Below, piece by piece: positions 1-10,623 of a stretch of DNA of 64,000 nt. The stretch is from Bradyrhizobium sp. (GTDB lineage Bacteria; Pseudomonadota; Alphaproteobacteria; Rhizobiales; Xanthobacteraceae), in the NCBI GenBank assembly GCA_035575945.1, contig DATLXF010000055.1, positions 3,727-67,726 on the forward strand, written 5' to 3'. Both the position numbers and the translations under genes were made by a program. Each line of letters starts with the position of its first letter. Position 1 is the stretch's first letter. The notes below the pieces were generated by a model. That model ran no database searches. It was given only the letters and a program-made list of their open reading frames with translations, and was not told the DNA's origin.

Positions 1-349
1 GCCCGGAGAAAATCCTTTCTCCGTCAGCCGTCATGAGCTACTTCGTGCGGTAAAGTATGAACTCGGATCGTTGGGCCGCGACTTAAATTTTAATGCATAT
101 GCGGATAACCGTTCGATCTTCAGGTATGATATGGAAGCGCTGCCCAACGAGGTCACCGGCACAATCGGAACCTCGACGGCCTTTGCAGCGTGGAATGCGG
201 CGGTGTATGTCGCTCAGATTGAGGACGACCGGTTGACGGAAATGACTCAAAACGGCCGCACCCTGGATGCCGCCAGGGACGTGCTGCGAAAGTATAACGG
301 GCTCTGGTTTCTTGACGAATCCTACGTCATCTCGCGCCGGCGTGATTGA
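1..349 (+). CDS. 3' end of a hypothetical protein entering from outside the window
   Basis: The frame of ORF 71..349 is open from position 2 (PGENPFSVSRHELLRAVKYELGSLGRDLNF...) to the TGA at 347-349. It is more AT-rich than the core genes that follow. No family recognised. Confidence 0.55.
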   Translation, partial: PGENPFSVSRHELLRAVKYELGSLGRDLNFNAYADNRSIFRYDMEALPNEVTGTIGTSTAFAAWNAAVYVAQIEDDRLTEMTQNGRTLDAARDVLRKYNGLWFLDESYVISRRRD

Positions 350-409
350 CATCATTCAAAAGTAAACATCGCAACGCCCGCCGGCTAGCGGCGGAACAAG
401 GGGTTACTG

Positions 410-1606
<1,197 letters not shown>

Positions 1607-1609
1607 CTA

Positions 1610-1706
1610 CGACATCCCGGGCGCGCACACGCGAGCGAGTCCGGGGTCCTTATTCCCACATATCGAGATTCCAGGATAGCCTCGTCGAGGCGACCCGGAA
1701 TGACGA
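1610..1706. repeat. Degenerate CGTC-type REP-like palindromic element between metK and ahcY
   Basis: Left arm cgacatcccgggg resembles cgtcattccgggg at 41285; right arm cccggaatgacg is its inverse. Confidence 0.6.
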
Positions 1707-1728
1707 GTTCAACAACAGGATACTCGCC

Positions 1729-3150
1729 ATGAACGCGAAGCCCGGCTTCACCGATTACATCGTCAAGGACATTTCGCTCGCCGATTTCGGCCGCAAGGAG
1801 ATCTCGCTCGCCGAGACCGAGATGCCCGGCCTGATGGCCACCCGTGAGGAGTACGGCCCGAAGCAGCCGCTGAAGGGCGCGCGCATCGCCGGCTCCCTGC
1901 ACATGACGATCCAGACCGCGGTACTGATCGAGACGCTTGCAGCACTCGGTGCCGACATCCGCTGGGTCTCCTGCAACATCTATTCGACCCAGGACCACGC
2001 TGCCGCTGCGATCGCGGCTGCCGGCATACCCGTCTTTGCCATCAAGGGCGAGACATTGAAGGACTATTGGGACTACACCGCAAAGCTGTTCGACTGGCAC
2101 GGCGGCGGTCATCCCAACATGATCCTCGACGACGGTGGCGATGCCACCATGTACGTCCATCTCGGCCTGCGCGCCGAGAATGGCGATGCCGCCTTCCTCG
2201 ACAAGCCCGGTTCCGAGGAAGAGGAGGTTTTCTTCGCGCTTTTGAAGAAGCAGCTCAAGGAAAAGCCCAAGGGCTATTTCGCCGCCATCGCCAACAGCAT
2301 CAAGGGCGTGTCCGAAGAAACCACCACGGGCGTGCATCGCCTCTATGACATGCAGAAGGCGGGCACGCTGCTGTGGCCGGCGATCAACGTCAACGACAGC
2401 GTCACCAAGTCGAAGTTCGACAACCTCTATGGCTGCCGTGAATCGCTGGTCGACGGCATCCGCCGCGGCACTGACGTCATGCTGTCGGGCAAGGTCGCGA
2501 TGGTCGCCGGCTTCGGCGACGTCGGCAAGGGCTCGGCCGCTTCGCTGCGCCAGGCCGGCTGCCGCGTCATGGTGTCCGAAATCGATCCGATCTGCGCGCT
2601 GCAGGCCGCGATGGAAGGCTACGAGGTCGTGACCATGGAAGACGCCGCGCCCCGCGCCGACATCTTCGTCACCGCGACCGGCAACAAGGACATCATCACC
2701 ATCGAGCACATGCGCGCGATGAAGGATCGCGCCATCGTCTGCAACATCGGTCACTTCGACAACGAGATCCAGATCGCGGCGCTTCGCAATCTGAAGTGGA
2801 CCAACATCAAGCCGCAGGTCGACGAGATCGAATTCCCGGACAAGCACCGCATCATCATGCTGTCGGAAGGGCGCCTGGTGAACCTCGGCAACGCGATGGG
2901 CCATCCGTCCTTCGTGATGTCGGCGTCCTTCACCAACCAGACGCTGGCGCAGATCGAGCTGTTCGCCAACAACCAGGACGGCAAGTACAAGAAGGAAGTC
3001 TATGTGCTGCCGAAGACGCTCGACGAGAAGGTCGCCCGCCTGCATCTCGCCAAGATCGGCGTGAAGCTCACCGAGCTGCGCAAGGATCAGGCCGACTACA
3101 TCGGCGTCAAGCAGGAAGGCCCGTACAAGTCGGACCATTACCGCTACTGA
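1729..3150 (+). CDS. ahcY: Adenosylhomocysteinase (SAH hydrolase)
   Basis: Motifs [34 protein letters not shown] and GHPSFVMS. Confidence 0.99.
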   Translation: MNAKPGFTDYIVKDISLADFGRKEISLAETEMPGLMATREEYGPKQPLKGARIAGSLHMTIQTAVLIETLAALGADIRWVSCNIYSTQDHAAAAIAAAGIPVFAIKGETLKDYWDYTAKLFDWHGGGHPNMILDDGGDATMYVHLGLRAENGDAAFLDKPGSEEEEVFFALLKKQLKEKPKGYFAAIANSIKGVSEETTTGVHRLYDMQKAGTLLWPAINVNDSVTKSKFDNLYGCRESLVDGIRRGTDVMLSGKVAMVAGFGDVGKGSAASLRQAGCRVMVSEIDPICALQAAMEGYEVVTMEDAAPRADIFVTATGNKDIITIEHMRAMKDRAIVCNIGHFDNEIQIAALRNLKWTNIKPQVDEIEFPDKHRIIMLSEGRLVNLGNAMGHPSFVMSASFTNQTLAQIELFANNQDGKYKKEVYVLPKTLDEKVARLHLAKIGVKLTELRKDQADYIGVKQEGPYKSDHYRY

Positions 3151-3174
3151 GCCATCGGCGCGCTGACCATCGAC

Positions 3175-3207
3175 GAAAAGCCCGGAGCGATCCGGGCTTT
3201 TCTGTTT
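3175..3207 (+). terminator. Rho-independent terminator after ahcY
   Basis: Perfect 12-bp stem gaaaagcccgga-gcga-tccgggcttttc followed by tgttt. Confidence 0.85.
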
Positions 3208-3255
3208 CGCATGGAAATCAACTCGCCTTGCGGTTGCCGCACGGCCGATTGCCGA

Positions 3256-3284
3256 TTGACGGCTGGCCGCAGCGGGCGGACAAT
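3256..3284 (+). promoter_or_regulatory. Putative sigma70-type promoter
   Basis: TTGACG-N17-GACAAT about 20 nt before the ATG at 3305, which has a ggagga RBS. Confidence 0.4.
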
Positions 3285-3304
3285 CCGCACCGGCGGAGGA
3301 AGCC

Positions 3305-4765
3305 ATGCAACAAGAACATTTCGACGTCCTCATCGTCGGTGCCGGCCTGTCGGGCATCGGCGCGGGTTATCACTTGCAGACCAAGTGTCCAACCAAGAGC
3401 TACCTCATCCTGGAGGGGCGCGACTGCATCGGCGGCACCTGGGACCTGTTTCGCTATCCCGGCATCCGCTCCGACAGCGACATGTTCACACTGGGTTATT
3501 CCTTCAAACCGTGGATTGATCCCAAGGCGATCGCCGACGGGCCGCAGATTCTGAACTATGTGCGCGAGACCGCGGCCGAGAACGGCATCGACAAGCACAT
3601 CCGTTTCCGCCACCGCGTCAAGCGCGCGGCATGGTCGACGCCGGATGCGCGCTGGACGGTGGAAGCCGAGCGCAGCTCTGGCGAGGGTGCGGCTGACCTC
3701 GTGCGCTTCACCTGCAACTTCCTGTTCATGTGCTCGGGCTATTACAAATACGAAGCGGGCTATACGCCAGAGTTCGAGGGGGCGGCGAATTTCGCCGGCC
3801 GGATCGTGCACCCGCAGAAATGGACGGAGGACATCGACTACGCGGGCAAGCGAGTCGTCGTGATCGGCTCCGGCGCGACCGCGGTTACGCTGGTGCCGGA
3901 GCTCGCCAAGACGGCGGCGCATGTCACAATGCTGCAGCGCTCGCCGACCTATGTGGTGTCGCGCCCGGCCGAGGACTCGCTCGCCAACAAGCTGCGCCGC
4001 AACCTGCCGGCGCACCTTGCCTATCATCTGATCCGCTGGCGCAACGTGATGTGGGGGATGTTCTTCTTCCAGCTCAGCCGGCGCAGGCCGGCCAAGGTGA
4101 AGGACCTCATCCTGAGGGGCGTCCGGATGGCGCTCGGCCCGGACTTCGACGTCGCGACCCACTTCACGCCGCGCTACAATCCCTGGGATCAGCGTTTGTG
4201 CCTGGTGCCCGACGGCGATCTCTTCAATGCGATCCGCGAGCAGCGCGCCAGCGTCGTCACCAGTGAGATCGACACGTTTACACATGACGGCATCCGCCTG
4301 AAGGACGGCCGCGAGCTTGCCGCCGACATCATCGTGACGGCGACCGGGCTGGTGCTCCAGGTCGTCGGCGGCCTTGAGATCAGCGTCGACGGCCGAGCCG
4401 TCGATTTTGCCAGGACGCTGACCTACAAGGGCATGATGTATGCGGACGTGCCCAACATGGCTTCCGCGTTCGGCTACACCAATGCATCCTGGACGCTGAA
4501 ATGCGATCTCACCTGCGAGTATGTCTGCCGGCTCATCAACTACATGGACCGGCATAATTTCCGCCAGTGCATGCCGCACAATGAGGATCCCGATGTCACC
4601 GCGCAGCCCTCGCTCGATTTCACCTCGGGCTACGTGCAGCGCTCGGTGGCAAAATTGCCGAAGCAGGGCTCCAAGCGGCCGTGGCGGCTGCACCAGAACT
4701 ACGCGCTCGACATCGTCTCCCTGCGCTTCGGCCGGATCGACGACGGCGTCATGCAATATTCGTGA
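3305..4765 (+). CDS. Flavin-containing monooxygenase (EthA/Baeyer-Villiger-like)
   Basis: GAGLSG FAD motif, GGTWDLFRYPGIRSDS, FxGxIVHPQxW fingerprint, GSGATA NADPH motif, LQRSPTY. Confidence 0.92.
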   Translation: MQQEHFDVLIVGAGLSGIGAGYHLQTKCPTKSYLILEGRDCIGGTWDLFRYPGIRSDSDMFTLGYSFKPWIDPKAIADGPQILNYVRETAAENGIDKHIRFRHRVKRAAWSTPDARWTVEAERSSGEGAADLVRFTCNFLFMCSGYYKYEAGYTPEFEGAANFAGRIVHPQKWTEDIDYAGKRVVVIGSGATAVTLVPELAKTAAHVTMLQRSPTYVVSRPAEDSLANKLRRNLPAHLAYHLIRWRNVMWGMFFFQLSRRRPAKVKDLILRGVRMALGPDFDVATHFTPRYNPWDQRLCLVPDGDLFNAIREQRASVVTSEIDTFTHDGIRLKDGRELAADIIVTATGLVLQVVGGLEISVDGRAVDFARTLTYKGMMYADVPNMASAFGYTNASWTLKCDLTCEYVCRLINYMDRHNFRQCMPHNEDPDVTAQPSLDFTSGYVQRSVAKLPKQGSKRPWRLHQNYALDIVSLRFGRIDDGVMQYS

Positions 4766-4832
4766 GCACGCCGGCAATGCGTTCTTTTGCGTATTCGGCC
4801 GGCTGGCGGAATCGGCGACAATTCCCAGACGG

Positions 4833-4848
4833 TTAACGCTGGTTTAAC
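4833..4848 (+). promoter_or_regulatory. CtrA-binding box
   Basis: TTAA-cgctggt-TTAAC is an exact TTAA-N7-TTAAC match in an intergenic region. Confidence 0.7.
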
Positions 4849-4903
4849 GGATGGGGCCTAGCCTGTCTCGGCCGGGGTTACTCGCAAGGCCGAGGTGAGC
4901 CCA

Positions 4904-5059
4904 ATGGAAGCCCAGAGAATCGCAGTCGACGCTATCGTCGCGCTGACAGATTGCGACCGCGACGCCGTCATCGCCTTCATCCGCCGGCTCTACCTGGCCG
5001 GCGTCACCGACCCCAAGCGCCTGACCTTCAAGGGGTTGCAGGCGCTGACGCGGGCCTGA
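4904..5059 (+). CDS. Small hypothetical protein, 51 aa (not in the ORF track)
   Basis: gaggtg RBS, then ATG...TGA giving MEAQRIAVDAIVALTDCDRDAVIAFIRRLYLAGVTDPKRLTFKGLQALTRA. GC3-rich codon usage matches neighbouring genes. Confidence 0.75.
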   Translation: MEAQRIAVDAIVALTDCDRDAVIAFIRRLYLAGVTDPKRLTFKGLQALTRA

Positions 5060-5203
5060 TTCGGGCGATTTCGGCCATTACTCCAGGTTTCCTGACGGAA
5101 CGCTGTCCCCAGCGTGATCGCAACCCCCCGGTGAATATCTTGTCGCTCGGGCTCGGCCGGAGTAGATGACGTCCCCGGCTGGGTTCACTCGGGAACTGGG
5201 GAA

Positions 5204-6133
5204 ATGCTGAAACAGCTTTTTGCGCCGCAACTCGTCATTCTTTATGTGCTGGCGGCCTCCACGATTTACGTTCACTTCCGCGGCAAGCAGCGGCTGCGCT
5301 TCGCGCGCCAGCTCGGCGATCACTCGACCTATCTCGCACCCTACAACGTACTGATGTACGCCGGCTCGGCGGTGCCGAACAAGCCGGTGATCTCGGTCGA
5401 TCAGTTTCCCGAGCTGAAGCCCCTCAGCGAGAATTGGGAGACCATCCGCGACGAGGCGGTGCGCCTGTTTGACGAAGGTTTCATCCGCGCAGCCGCGAAG
5501 AACAACGACTGGGGCTTCTACTCGTTCTTCAAGAGCGGCTGGAAGCGCTTTTACCTGAAATGGTACGACGACTTCCTGCCCTCGGCCAACACGTTGTGCC
5601 CGAAGACGGTCGAGCTGCTCAAGTCGATCCCGAGCGTGCACGGCGCAATGTTCGCGGTGCTGCCGCCCGGCGGCAAGCTCGGCGCGCACCGCGATCCCTT
5701 CGCGGGCTCGCTGCGCTATCACCTCGGCCTCGTCACGCCGAACTCGAACAAGTGCCGGATCCTCGTCGACGGCGTCGAATGCGTCTGGCGCGACGGCGAG
5801 GCCTTCATGTTCGACGAAACCTTCATCCACAGCGCCGAGAATGCGACCGACGTCAACCGCATCATCCTGTTCTGCGACGTCGAGCGACCGATGAAGTACG
5901 GCTTCATGACCGCGATCAACCGCTGGGTCAGCCATCACATCGTCAAGGCGTCGGCGACCCAGAACGTCGAGGGCGAGAATGTGGGCGTGCTCAATAAAGT
6001 GTTCGGCACGCTCTACGAGATCCATCTCGCCAGCCGCAAGGTCAAGGAGTGGGACCGCAACGTTTACTACACGCTGAAATATTCGCTGACGGCGCTGATC
6101 CTCGGCCTGATCGTGTGGTCGGCACTGAAGTGA
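5204..6133 (+). CDS. lpxO: Aspartyl/asparaginyl beta-hydroxylase family, lipid A hydroxylase LpxO-like
   Basis: N- and C-terminal TM segments, GWKRFYLKWY, HRDPFAGSLRYHLGL (HxD) and FDETFIH Fe/2-oxoglutarate motifs. Confidence 0.8.
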   Translation: MLKQLFAPQLVILYVLAASTIYVHFRGKQRLRFARQLGDHSTYLAPYNVLMYAGSAVPNKPVISVDQFPELKPLSENWETIRDEAVRLFDEGFIRAAAKNNDWGFYSFFKSGWKRFYLKWYDDFLPSANTLCPKTVELLKSIPSVHGAMFAVLPPGGKLGAHRDPFAGSLRYHLGLVTPNSNKCRILVDGVECVWRDGEAFMFDETFIHSAENATDVNRIILFCDVERPMKYGFMTAINRWVSHHIVKASATQNVEGENVGVLNKVFGTLYEIHLASRKVKEWDRNVYYTLKYSLTALILGLIVWSALK

Positions 6134-6134
6134 T

Positions 6135-6201
6135 GCGCAGGGTGGATCGGCGAAGCCTGGTCCCCCTTGGCTCCGCCGATATCGTGACTTGCCCCTGCGT
6201 C
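6135..6201. repeat. Imperfect long hairpin between convergent genes
   Basis: Nested inverted arms gcgcaggg...ccctgcgt and atcggcgaagcc...ggctccgccgat. Confidence 0.45.
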
Positions 6202-6234
6202 GGGCTACGAGCGTCCGATCCCCGCCGACATCGG

Positions 6235-6776
6235 TTAGTGACGGTGCTTGTGCCCCGCGGAGCTGCCGGGATGCTGGTATCCTCGTAGCTCTGCATATCG
6301 CCGCATCTGACTCTGATCGAGCACGGCAGCTGTCGACAAATGGTATTTGAGGTGGCTCTCGCGGAGCTGCCCTTGGGTTTCGGCAATGGCCGCAATGCTC
6401 GTCTTGAGCGATTCAGGTGTGACCGCGCGGGACGAGAAAAGATCCTCCAGCGCTCTTTCTTGCTCGACGAGCTTGTGACCCAGCGGAACGGTTTCCTGTT
6501 TCATGGCGTCGAACAGCCGCTGGACTTCGACGCCTGATCGACGGTCAGGCCGAGGCGATCACGGAGCTCCAGGACATGGCTGGGTCCGGGATACCCATTC
6601 AGCTCTGCGGCAAGAGCCAGGCCCATACCGCGTCCGGCGCGAAGATCATCGATCTGCTGCAGCGACAGCGCCTTGATGGGACGGCTATCGAGGCCGGCAT
6701 AGGATTGGCTGGACTGTGCGCTGGCTGCGCTGCTGATGAGGAGGACTGAGGCCGCAAGCAGAAGCAGGCGGTTCAT
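6235..6776 (-). pseudogene. Frameshifted periplasmic Spy/CpxP-like (heavy-metal sensor type) protein
   Basis: The N-terminal half (signal peptide MNRLLLLAAS..., GMGLALAAELNGYPGPSHVLEL) and the C-terminal half (MKQETVPLG...HLKYHL...HKHRH) lie in different frames. They join if one base is added near 6533. Confidence 0.75.
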
Positions 6777-6838
6777 GAATCTGGCTCCATCAAATCGAGC
6801 CGGCCGATGTCGGAGCACCGGGCCGGCGGTGTCCAATC

Positions 6839-7540
6839 TTATTCCGGCTGGCCGATCGAGACCTTCAGCGTGCCGACGCCGTCGACGCCGCATTCGAGCT
6901 TGTCGCCGGGCTGGAGTTGCGACACGCCGGCCGGCGTACCCGTCATGATGATGTCGCCGGCGGCGAGCTTCACCTGCTGCGAGAGCTGCCAGATGATCTC
7001 GGGCACGTTCCAGATCAGCTCGGTGAGGTCGCCCTTCTGCGTTTCCTTGCCGTTGACCGTCAGCCAGATCTTGCCCTTGGCGGGATGGCCGATCTTAGAT
7101 GCCGGCTCGATCGCGGAGCAGGGCGCCGAATGGTCGAACGACTTTCCGATCTCCCAGGGGCGCTCCTTCTTGCGCGAGGCGATCTGGAGATCGCGGCGGG
7201 TCAGGTCGATGCCGACGGCATAGCCGTAGACGTGGTCGAGCGCCTTGTCGGCGGGGATGTTCAGACCGCCGCTCTTCATCGCGACGACCAGCTCGACCTC
7301 GTGATGCAGGTCCTTGGTCAGCGGCGGATAAGGGATGGTGGCGCCGTCCGGCACCAGCATGTCGGCGTGCTTGGCGAAGAAGAAAGGCGGGGCGCGCTCG
7401 TCATTGCCCATCTCGCGGATGTGCTCGAGATAATTGCGGCCGACGCACCAGATGCGGCGCACCGGATAGCGGCCGCTCTCGCCCACGACGGGAAGCGAAG
7501 CCTGGGGCGGGAGCGGGATGACGTAGGAGGCGGCGTTCAT
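6839..7540 (-). CDS. Fumarylacetoacetate hydrolase family protein
   Basis: CVGRNYLEH, HHEVEL, DLTRRDLQ, GDIIMTGTPAGV. Likely start MNAASY after a gaga RBS. Confidence 0.92.
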   Translation of the reverse strand: MNAASYVIPLPPQASLPVVGESGRYPVRRIWCVGRNYLEHIREMGNDERAPPFFFAKHADMLVPDGATIPYPPLTKDLHHEVELVVAMKSGGLNIPADKALDHVYGYAVGIDLTRRDLQIASRKKERPWEIGKSFDHSAPCSAIEPASKIGHPAKGKIWLTVNGKETQKGDLTELIWNVPEIIWQLSQQVKLAAGDIIMTGTPAGVSQLQPGDKLECGVDGVGTLKVSIGQPE

Positions 7541-7574
7541 GCAAGGTCTCGCTGCTCTTGAGGTGAAACGAACT

Positions 7575-9377
7575 CTATGCGGTTGCGCTGATCGGCGCCA
7601 GGGCGCCAGAATCGTGATGCTGCAGCCGGAAGAATGACGCGTAGCGTCCGCCGCGGCGGAGCAGCTCGTCATGACGGCCCCGCTCGACGATCTCGCCGCC
7701 CTCGACCACGAGAATCGCATCCGCATGCATGATGGTGTGCAAGCGGTGCGCGATCACGAGGGTGGTGCGGTTCTGGCAGAGGTGCTCGATCGCTTCCTGG
7801 ACCTGTCGCTCGGACTCCGAATCGAGCGCTGCTGTGGCCTCGTCCAGCAGGATGATCGGCGCGTTCTTGATCAACGCGCGCGCGACGGCGATGCGCTGTC
7901 GCTGGCCGCCGGAGAGCTGCGTGCCGTGCTCGCCGACCGGCGTATCGTAGCCGAGCGGGAAGCCCATGATGAAATCATGTGCGCAGGCCGCCTTGGCCGC
8001 CTCGATGATCTCGTCCTCGCTCGCGCCGGGCCGGCCGAAGGCGATGTTGCTGCGGATGGTGTCGCGGAACAGGTAGACGTCTTGGCCGACATAGGCGGTC
8101 TGCGTGCGCAGCGACTTGCGCGAGACCGATGAGATCGACTGGCCGTCGATCACGATGTCCCCTCGCGTCACCTCGTAGAAGCGCAGGAGCAGCGCCAGCA
8201 CGGTCGACTTGCCTCCGCCGGAGGGGCCGACCAGCGCGGTGACCTTGCCGGGCTCGGCGACGAAGCTCATGCGGTTGAGAACGGTCTCGCCGTTGCGATA
8301 GGCGAAGCTGACGTCGCGCAGCTCGATCCGCGCGTCGGTGAGGCGCAGCGCCGGCTTGTCGTCGTCGGACTGTTCGCTGGCTGGGCTGTCGACGACTTCG
8401 AGCAGCATGCGCGCCCCGACCAGCTGGCTGTTGAGATCGATGTTGAGCCGCGCCAGCCGCTTGGCCGGCTCGGTCGCCATCAGGAACGCGGTCATGAAGG
8501 AGAAGAACGCGCCGGGCGTGGCGTTGAGCGCGACCACCGCATAGCCGCCGTACATCAGGCAGCCGGCCACTGCGAAGCCGCCGAGCATTTCCATCAGCGG
8601 GTTGGAGCGGTTGGCGACGCGCGCCATCTTGTTGGCGTTGCGCTCGACGAGCGCGATGTTCTCGTCGATGCGCTTCTGCATGGTGTCTTCGAGCGTGAAC
8701 GCCTTGACGGTGCGGATGCCCTGCAGCGATTCCTGCATCGTCTCCATGATGTCGGCGGTGCCGGTGAACTGGTTGAAGGCGAGGCCCTTGATGCGCTTGA
8801 CCAGCTTGCGCAGCACCAGCATTGCCGGGGGCACCGCGACGAGGCCGATGAACGACATCAGCGGGTCCTGCCACACCATCACGCCGATCATGGCGAGCAG
8901 CATCAGGAGGTCGCGCCCGACAGCGTTGACCAGCATGTTGAGGACGTCGGTGATCGACTTGGCGCCGGCGGTCAGCCGCGCCAGGAATTCGGAGGAATGC
9001 CGCTCGGAAAAGAAGCCGACGCTTTCCCGCATCAGCTTGGCGAACAGCTGGCGTTGGTTGGCGGCGAGGATGGCGTTGCTGATCTTGGTCAGGATCACCA
9101 TGTGTCCGTAGGTCGCCACGCCCTTGATGAAGAGCAGGGCGACCGTCAGCCCTGAGAACATCGCGATGCCCGGGATGTTCTTGTCGACATAGGCCTGGTT
9201 GATGACCTGGCCGAGCACGTAGGTCGCACCCGCGGTCGCGCCGGCGGCGAGCGCCATCAGCGCGAAGGCGACGAGGTAGCGCCGCCAATACACGAGGCCC
9301 TGTTCCGTGATCAGGCGGCGGATCAGGACCGCAGCCGCGTAGGGGTCGTCGGTGATCTTCTTTGGAAACTGGGCCAT
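7575..9377 (-). CDS. ABC exporter, fused permease/ATPase (MsbA-like)
   Basis: TM domain, then Walker A GPSGGGKST, LSGGQRQR signature, Walker B ILLDEATAALD; located at the edge of the LPS cluster. Confidence 0.9.
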   Translation of the reverse strand: MAQFPKKITDDPYAAAVLIRRLITEQGLVYWRRYLVAFALMALAAGATAGATYVLGQVINQAYVDKNIPGIAMFSGLTVALLFIKGVATYGHMVILTKISNAILAANQRQLFAKLMRESVGFFSERHSSEFLARLTAGAKSITDVLNMLVNAVGRDLLMLLAMIGVMVWQDPLMSFIGLVAVPPAMLVLRKLVKRIKGLAFNQFTGTADIMETMQESLQGIRTVKAFTLEDTMQKRIDENIALVERNANKMARVANRSNPLMEMLGGFAVAGCLMYGGYAVVALNATPGAFFSFMTAFLMATEPAKRLARLNIDLNSQLVGARMLLEVVDSPASEQSDDDKPALRLTDARIELRDVSFAYRNGETVLNRMSFVAEPGKVTALVGPSGGGKSTVLALLLRFYEVTRGDIVIDGQSISSVSRKSLRTQTAYVGQDVYLFRDTIRSNIAFGRPGASEDEIIEAAKAACAHDFIMGFPLGYDTPVGEHGTQLSGGQRQRIAVARALIKNAPIILLDEATAALDSESERQVQEAIEHLCQNRTTLVIAHRLHTIMHADAILVVEGGEIVERGRHDELLRRGGRYASFFRLQHHDSGALAPISATA

Positions 9378-9495
9378 CCGGGGTCCATTGACGGCGCAGG
9401 ACAAGGCCTGCCCGCGCGTCAGGGATCGATGGGCCTCTGTGCCCGCTCAGCTACGGTTTTTCAAGCCCAATTAAGGGCTTGCGCTTGGGATGATT

Positions 9496-10509
9496 CTAGG
9501 CGGAGGCGGCGTGGCGGAGCTCGCCATGGCGCTCGCGGAACAGCTTGTCCTCCCAGGCCAGCGCGTGGGCCGCGATGGTCTCGAGGTCCTCGTATTGCGG
9601 CCGCCAGTCGAGCAGGCCGCGGATGCGGCTGGTGTCGGCGACCATGGTCATGATGTCGCCCGGTCGCCGCGGCGCGTATTGCACGGCGAAGCTGCGGCCC
9701 GAAACCCGGCGCACCGCGTCGATGGTCTCCAGCACCGAATAGCCGCGGCCATAGCCGCAATTCAGCGTGGTCGAGGCGCCGCCGTTGCGCAAATAAGCGA
9801 GCGCCGAGCGATGCGCCTGCGACAGGTCGCTGATGTGGATGAAGTCGCGGATGCAGCTGCCGTCGGGGGTTGGATAGTCGGTGCCGAACACGTCGATCTT
9901 GGCGCGCTGGCCGGTGGCGGCTTCCACTGCGATCTTGAGCAGATGCGTGGCGCCAACGGTCGCAAGGCCGATGCGCGCCTGCGGATCGGCGCCGGCGACG
10001 TTGAAATAGCGCAAGGTCACGTACTGCATGCCGTAGGCGGCGGCGACGTCGTGCAGCATGATCTCGGTCATCAGCTTCGAGGAGCCGTAAGGCGACAGCG
10101 GCCGCGTCGGTGCGTGCTCGGGCACCGGCACCTGGTCCGGATTGCCGTAGACGGCGGCGGTCGAGGAGAAGATGAAGCGGCCAATGCCGCGCTTCACCGC
10201 CACGTTGAGCAGGTTGCGCGCGGTCGTGAAATTGTTGCGGTAGTAGCCCAGCGGATCGCGCATCGAATCCGGCACGACGACCGAGCCTGCGAAATGAATG
10301 ATGCTTTCGATGTCGTGCTGGGCGATCACGCCTTCGAGCAGGTTCTCGTCGCCGGCATCGCCGATGAACAGCGGCACGCCTTCGGGCAGGTAGGCCGAGA
10401 AACCGGTGGAGAGATCGTCGATCACGACGACGTCCTCGCCGGCTTCCGCCAGCGCGAGGACCGTGTGACTTCCAATGTAGCCGGCGCCGCCGGTGACCAG
10501 CACAGTCAT
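9496..10509 (-). CDS. galE: UDP-glucose 4-epimerase
   Basis: TGGAGYIGSH, FSSTAAVYG, YGSSK, LRYFNVAGA, DYPTPDGSCIRDFIH. Confidence 0.95.
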   Translation of the reverse strand: MTVLVTGGAGYIGSHTVLALAEAGEDVVVIDDLSTGFSAYLPEGVPLFIGDAGDENLLEGVIAQHDIESIIHFAGSVVVPDSMRDPLGYYRNNFTTARNLLNVAVKRGIGRFIFSSTAAVYGNPDQVPVPEHAPTRPLSPYGSSKLMTEIMLHDVAAAYGMQYVTLRYFNVAGADPQARIGLATVGATHLLKIAVEAATGQRAKIDVFGTDYPTPDGSCIRDFIHISDLSQAHRSALAYLRNGGASTTLNCGYGRGYSVLETIDAVRRVSGRSFAVQYAPRRPGDIMTMVADTSRIRGLLDWRPQYEDLETIAAHALAWEDKLFRERHGELRHAASA

Positions 10510-10623
10510 GATCTCACCCGTCTTCGATCAACGCGCAAGGCTAACGCTTGCGAGGTGAAGAGGGGGTATCGGCACAGCTGAACTGGTCACTATGCTTAAT
10601 GTTGCGTATAGGGACTTTTCGAA

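Noticed and set aside
1607-1728. Possible SAH/SAM riboswitch upstream of ahcY
   Set aside because: I could not match SAH or SAM-II consensus elements. The structure is better explained as a CGTC-type REP-like repeat similar to the one at 41285.
4951-5169. 72-aa ORF from the ORF track
   Set aside because: Off-frame, Arg/Pro-rich, TTG start. The overlapping 4904..5059 frame has an RBS, an ATG and better codon usage.
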